From positions 1-37,390 of IMG/VR virus record IMGVR_UViG_3300045988_171491: a stretch of 37,390 nt of DNA; one strand, 5' to 3'. Below the pieces are notes generated by a model. The model did not search any database and was not told the origin of the DNA. It saw nothing but the letters and a program-made list of their open reading frames with translations. Of the stretch, positions 33,179 to 37,390 are shown piece by piece. Made by a program: the position numbers and the translations under genes. How positions within the stretch are numbered: position 1 is the stretch's first letter; each line of letters opens with the position of its first letter. Origin of the DNA: a virus.

Positions 33179-33205
33179 CCCAGCACCGCCGGTGCTGGGT
33201 TTTCT
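33179..33205 (+). terminator. Intrinsic terminator/attenuator immediately upstream of the major tail gene
   Basis: CCCAGCACC-GCC-GGTGCTGGG followed by TTTTCT. Confidence 0.6.
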
Positions 33206-33223
33206 GTATGAAAGGAACTAATC

Positions 33224-33808
33224 ATGGCTGAAGCCAAACGCACTTTTGACATTGTGGTCTCGAAGCCGCAGTCGCTCACCGGCGGCATTACGGTTGCGCC
33301 GCTGAATACCCCCATTCCCGCAACCTTCACCCAGAAGCTTGACAAGGCGAAATTCACTGAGCTGGGGTATGTTTCCGAGGATGGTGTGACTCTTTCGGAA
33401 GATACCTCTGATGAGGATATTAAGGTCTGGGGCGGCGTGAAGGTGCGCACCGTCCGGTCGGATTATTCTGCGAAGGTCACCTTCACTATGCATTCCACTG
33501 GTGACCTGGACGCGCTGAAGGCCGTGTTCGGTGAGAACAATGTGAAAAAGACCGGTGACGTTATTAGCGTCACCCACGGCGCTGACATGACCCCGGTGCA
33601 GGTCTTCACCATCGAAACGGTGGACCCGAACAACGGTTACCAGCGTCGTTTCGCTATCCCCCGCGGTCAGCTGACTATTTCGGGTGACCGGAAGCTCACC
33701 CATTCCGCCGCTGACGGCTTCGAGGTCACTATCGAATGCCTGGCAGACCCCGAGACCGGCGTCTGCTACACCGAATTTACGTTAGTCCCGGCTGCGGTCG
33801 CAGCGTAA
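33224..33808 (+). CDS. Major tail protein
   Basis: 194 aa with RBS AAAGGAACTAATC. It lies before the chaperone pair and the TMP. Confidence 0.75.
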   Translation: MAEAKRTFDIVVSKPQSLTGGITVAPLNTPIPATFTQKLDKAKFTELGYVSEDGVTLSEDTSDEDIKVWGGVKVRTVRSDYSAKVTFTMHSTGDLDALKAVFGENNVKKTGDVISVTHGADMTPVQVFTIETVDPNNGYQRRFAIPRGQLTISGDRKLTHSAADGFEVTIECLADPETGVCYTEFTLVPAAVAA

Positions 33809-33816
33809 ACGGTACC

Positions 33817-33845
33817 AGCCCGCCTGATGGTGGGCTCTTTTGTTT
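33817..33845 (+). terminator. Intrinsic terminator after the major tail gene
   Basis: AGCCCGCC-TGAT-GGTGGGCT, then CTTTTGTTT. Confidence 0.65.
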
Positions 33846-33954
33846 CCCCGGGCGGTGCACACAGATGCATCAATGCTGGCTCCACCGCACCGCCCGGGGC
33901 CTTTATCTCAACCTTTTGGAGCCAGCGCTTTGACTGGATAGGAGCCAGCAGATT

Positions 33955-34242
33955 ATGGCAGCTAAGAAGAGCAAGAAGAAGCACGCCCGTAAGTCCGCGA
34001 AGAAGTACCGGATGCTCACTTTTGAGTCATCCATTTTCGAGGGTGAATTCACACTCCCGGATATGAAGCAGGCCCCGATGCATGTGCTCGCCGCGCTGGA
34101 TAAGGGCCAATTCGATGTTTTCGAGAGCTGGGTTGTTAAGGCGGGTGCAGACCGTGCGGATGCTGAGGTGGTGCAGGAAATGGACGCTGAAGAGCTGAAA
34201 ACCTTCATCGGTGAGTGGAGCCGGGGCGCACTCCCAAAATAA
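33955..34242 (+). CDS. Tail assembly chaperone (G analogue)
   Basis: 95-aa acidic protein between the major tail and the TMP. It ends ...ALPK* at the slippery site. Confidence 0.8.
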   Translation: MAAKKSKKKHARKSAKKYRMLTFESSIFEGEFTLPDMKQAPMHVLAALDKGQFDVFESWVVKAGADRADAEVVQEMDAEELKTFIGEWSRGALPK

Positions 34243-34631
34243 TAAAAATCATCAAGCTTTTTGAAAAGCATGAGGATGCCGTCCGAACCCGGCTGCTGGA
34301 AGTCGGGCTGGATTGGGACGCGCCCCGGACGGGCCGGTCGAACTGGGCGAATATTTGCGCCGCCATTGAGACTGACCCGCCCTGGGGCGTAATTGCCAGA
34401 ACCGCGGAACCCGAAACATGGTTCTGGTACTTGCCAGGATTTGAGGGTATCCAAACCACCAAAGAAGCAACGCTGGTGGGGAACCTGCAGCGCGGCGGGG
34501 AAAGGCACAAGCTACGGGAATTCAAGCCCGCCCCCCGCCCGTGGGATGAAGAGAACAAGAAAAAGAAGTTGGGAACGAAGGTCATGCCCGCCGATGAGGC
34601 GATAGCTGATTTCCAGTCCCGCTTCGCATAA
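33955..34631 (+). CDS. Tail assembly chaperone -1 frameshift product (G-T analogue)
   Basis: The -1 frame is open from the slippery site to 34631 (PKIIKIIKLFEKHED...) and has no plausible start of its own. Confidence 0.7.
34233..34239 (+). promoter_or_regulatory. -1 programmed frameshift slippery heptamer C CCA AAA
   Basis: X XXY YYZ pattern in the zero frame, one codon before the G stop codon. Confidence 0.7.
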
Positions 34632-34652
34632 ACCATGTGGGAGGTCGCCGTC

Positions 34653-37390
34653 ATGGGTACAGCCGTTGAGTTAGCAACTGGGTATGTGACTTTGGCCGTG
34701 GAGACCTCCCACTTGGCGCGGCAGATCGCGTCCGCGTTCGGTGGGGCCGGTAAGGTCGGTGCCGCCGCCGGGCGTGATTTAGGCCAAAACATGGCTAAGG
34801 CTTTTGATGAGTCGAAGCCGGTAGACATGAAGGCGCTAGAGCAGCGGGTGTCTGACGCGCAGGCCCGGATGGCGCAGGCCGTGGAAATCGGTGCGCGGAA
34901 GCGGGCGGCGGCGGCTTCGTCTATTGAGCAGGCTGAGCTGAAACTGTCCGCTGCGCAGGACAAGCATTCTGCGCGGGTCACGGCGATGCAGGCGGCTGAG
35001 GAGCGCCTAGCGTCGGTACGGTCTTCGGGGTCTGCTACGCAGTCGCAGGTTGCTGCGGCTGAGGCGCAGCTGTCGAATGCGCGGGCGGCGGTTTCCACGT
35101 CATTAGCGGGCGTGCGTGCCGCTGAGGATAGGGTGACTAGCGCCCGTCAGCGGTACAGTTCGGTTTCTCGGGCGGCTGTCACGGAGATCAGCGCGCACCA
35201 TACGGCGCTGAAATCTGCTCAGAGCGCGCTTGATTCGACGCGCACGTCGCAGGATGAGCTCACGGGGGCGATTGACCGCACTAGTGGGCGGTTCGGCAAG
35301 ATAGGGGCGCTGTTCCGCCGGGGCTTTTCGGGCATGGCGTCGCAGGCGCGGGCCGGGTTTAAAGACGCATTCAAAAGCGCTGATGATGAAGCGCATAGCG
35401 CCGCGAAATCCTCAGCATCAGTATTTGGTGGCGTTTTCAAGAAGGCTCTGCTGGCTGGTGGCGGGCTTTTCGCCGGTGTCTCAATCTTTAACGGGCTGAA
35501 AGATTCGATTAGCGCCGCCGGTGATATTGAGCAGTCCGTGGGCGCGGTCGATTCCGTCTTCAAACAGTCCGCGGGGCAGATGCATTCGTGGGCGCAGAAT
35601 TCCGCTAAAAATCTAGGTATTTCCGCTAACGCCTATAACGAGTTGGCGTCTGTGCTGGGTGCGTCGCTGAAAAACGGCGGCACAAGCATGGATCAACTCG
35701 CAGGCAAAACAAACGACCTAATCACCTTAGGCGCTGACCTGGCAAGTATGTACGGTGGCACCACGAAAGAAGCGATTGAGGCTATCTCGGCGGCGCTTCG
35801 CGGTGAGACAGACCCAATCGAGCGCTACGGCATCAGCATCAATGACGCAGCGCTATCAGCGAAAGCCCTGCAGGAGGGTATCCAGAAATCCGGTGGGGCT
35901 TTCACCACGCAGCAGAAGCAGCTTCTCACGCAGAAGCTTCTATTTGAGCAGTCTGCGGATGCTCAAGGGAACTTTAACCGTGAGTCTGATACTTACGCTC
36001 ATAAGATTCAGGTGGCGCAGGCGTCCTTCGAGAACCTGAAAGTCACCATTGGTGAGGCTTTCCTGCCTGCTGTCTCAGCGGCAATGGACATTTTTTCGTC
36101 GAAGGTAATGCCCGTCATTGAGACGGTCGCGGGCGGTATCCGTGCCTTCGCAGAGGCATGGCGAAATTTTGACGGGGATGTCACCAGCTCTGGTTTCGCC
36201 GGGTGGATGGAAGAATTCGCGTTTGCGATGCGCACCTTGTACGAGAAGGTGAAGGCGTACTTCGTCGATTCCATTCTACCGGTGCTGCGTGATGATGTGT
36301 TTCCGGTTCTTAAAGACATTGGCAAAGGCATCAAAGATGTTTTCGACGGCCTAGTCGGTATTAAACCGAACGAAGATACGAATAAATTCCTGTACGATTT
36401 CGGTGAGAATCTTGGCAAGATCATTAAATTCGTTGTCGATAACGTCAATATCTGGGGGCCTTTCGCAGAAGGCATTCTGATTTCTGTTGCCGCATTCAAG
36501 GTGTGGCAAGCCGCTATGACGGTCTCCACAGCGGCTACAGCGGCCTGGCAGGCTATTACTAGTCTCCAAACAACAACAATGTTCGGCCTTACGTTGGCGA
36601 CGTGGGGCTGGCTCGGTATTTTCGGTTTGATTATTGGCGCGCTCATTTTGGCGTACAACAACCTTGATTGGTTCAAAAACATCATTGATGTTGTTTTCCA
36701 ATTCATAGGTGATGTTATCCGCAATTTTGTGGATTGGTTCAACGGCAATGTGATGCCGATTATCATCGCCGCGCTGCAGGCTATTGGCAATTGGTTTGTG
36801 GGCTTGTGGAACGATTACGTCAAACCGGCGTGGGACTGGATCATGTCGCTAATCGGCGCTTTCGTCGATTGGTTCGTAGGGGTTTATATCCCCCGCGTCC
36901 AGGAAGCATTCCGCATTTACGGGCTGATTTTCACCTGGCTCTACGAGAATATCGTCAAACCCGTTTTTGATGGTGTGGTGACCTTCATCAAGGCTGCAAT
37001 TGATGTTATCGCGGCGGTATTCACATGGCTCTACGAGTCAATTATTCTGCCGGTGTGGACGGCTATAAAGGTCGCTGTTGCTGTCGTGCTCGCTGTCCTG
37101 CTCACGCTGTGGGACGGCGTCGTATGGATGATCCAGAATGTTCTCGGCCCGGTCTTCCAATGGCTGTATGAGTATGTCATAAAGCCTGTATGGGAGGGTA
37201 TCCAGGCCGCCATTCAATTCGTCTTCGACTGGTGGAATAACACCTTCATCCCGGCCTGGAACCTTTCTATGAAGGCTTACGGGGAGCTATTCAATTGGCT
37301 GTATGAGAACATCATCAAGCCCGTGTGGTCTTGGATTCAGAGTGCGATCCAGGCTGTTATCGACTGGTGGAATAATACGCTGGTTCCCGC
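34653..37390 (+). CDS. Tail tape measure protein, N-terminal part (continues at 1..1607)
   Basis: ATG 34653 lies 8 nt after GGGAGG. It has a coiled-coil N-terminus, a TP901-type core (ISANAYNELASVLGASLKNGG...ETDPIERYGISIND), TM helices and W-rich repeats. There is no stop before the window end. Confidence 0.9.
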   Translation, partial: MGTAVELATGYVTLAVETSHLARQIASAFGGAGKVGAAAGRDLGQNMAKAFDESKPVDMKALEQRVSDAQARMAQAVEIGARKRAAAASSIEQAELKLSAAQDKHSARVTAMQAAEERLASVRSSGSATQSQVAAAEAQLSNARAAVSTSLAGVRAAEDRVTSARQRYSSVSRAAVTEISAHHTALKSAQSALDSTRTSQDELTGAIDRTSGRFGKIGALFRRGFSGMASQARAGFKDAFKSADDEAHSAAKSSASVFGGVFKKALLAGGGLFAGVSIFNGLKDSISAAGDIEQSVGAVDSVFKQSAGQMHSWAQNSAKNLGISANAYNELASVLGASLKNGGTSMDQLAGKTNDLITLGADLASMYGGTTKEAIEAISAALRGETDPIERYGISINDAALSAKALQEGIQKSGGAFTTQQKQLLTQKLLFEQSADAQGNFNRESDTYAHKIQVAQASFENLKVTIGEAFLPAVSAAMDIFSSKVMPVIETVAGGIRAFAEAWRNFDGDVTSSGFAGWMEEFAFAMRTLYEKVKAYFVDSILPVLRDDVFPVLKDIGKGIKDVFDGLVGIKPNEDTNKFLYDFGENLGKIIKFVVDNVNIWGPFAEGILISVAAFKVWQAAMTVSTAATAAWQAITSLQTTTMFGLTLATWGWLGIFGLIIGALILAYNNLDWFKNIIDVVFQFIGDVIRNFVDWFNGNVMPIIIAALQAIGNWFVGLWNDYVKPAWDWIMSLIGAFVDWFVGVYIPRVQEAFRIYGLIFTWLYENIVKPVFDGVVTFIKAAIDVIAAVFTWLYESIILPVWTAIKVAVAVVLAVLLTLWDGVVWMIQNVLGPVFQWLYEYVIKPVWEGIQAAIQFVFDWWNNTFIPAWNLSMKAYGELFNWLYENIIKPVWSWIQSAIQAVIDWWNNTLVP
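37336..37390. repeat. Terminal overlap, copy 2 (identical to 1-55)
   Basis: Exact identity with the window start. Confidence 0.95.

Larger units (their letters stand above)
1..37390. mobile_element. Complete temperate siphovirus-type (HK97-like) phage genome, circularly closed contig
   Basis: All phage modules are present: packaging, HK97 head, tail, lysis, integrase/repressor, replication. Bases 1-55 are identical to 37336-37390, and the tape-measure ORF reads in frame through that junction. Confidence 0.9.

Noticed and set aside
34205-35098. A 297-aa minus-strand ORF. Similar long antisense ORFs occur at 36008..36790, 4792..5502, 3129..3605, 30398..30787, 33903..34508 and 8597..9343.
   Set aside because: These are shadow ORFs opposite clearly recognisable plus-strand genes in GC-rich DNA. 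They have Ala/Ser/Arg-rich low-complexity translations and no RBS.
34653-35100. An apparent frame break in the tape-measure N-terminus near 35040
   Set aside because: This was a counting error on my side. Re-indexing against the ORF-track coordinates shows a single continuous frame from 34653 to the window end.
37336-37390. The 55-bp identity of the window ends as a biological direct terminal repeat
   Set aside because: It lies in the middle of the tape-measure ORF, which is in frame across the junction. Its length is typical of an assembler k-mer overlap. Real termini are more likely in the non-coding 25.0-25.2 kb region.

Overview
The window is a complete, circularly closed genome of a temperate siphovirus-type, HK97-like phage from a GC-rich, probably actinobacterial host. 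It has 37,335 bp of unique sequence, and bases 1-55 repeat 37336-37390. Rightward (+) genes run in this order: cro-like, early and replication genes (16.8-23.4 kb, with ori-like iterons inside the initiator gene and a RusA resolvase); tRNA-Trp; a DNA methyltransferase interrupted at a G7 tract; an HNH endonuclease; a putative cos region; a PLD/HKD-like protein; two small-terminase-like genes; large terminase, portal, prohead protease and major capsid; head-tail joining genes and major tail; G/G-T chaperones with a CCCAAAA -1 slippery site; a tape measure that reads across the contig junction; tail-tip and fibre genes including a pectate-lyase-fold tailspike; endolysin and holin. Leftward (-) genes are an apparently leaderless XRE repressor with an ImmA protease, a small membrane protein, an Xis/AlpA-like HTH protein, a tyrosine integrase next to an AT-rich attP-like region, and a visibly lower-GC accessory island (9.68-13.77 kb). 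The island is the most notable feature. It holds three cassettes, each driven by a near-identical ~150-bp promoter plus structured leader. They encode strongly acidic proteins with a shared N-terminal module, plus AlpA-like HTH proteins. The last cassette ends in a cas-less mini-array of type I-E-like CRISPR repeats with 20-21-nt spacers. Together this looks like a candidate anti-defence (Acr/Racr-type) locus. All product calls rest on motifs, synteny and RBS/start context read by eye; no database search or computation was possible.
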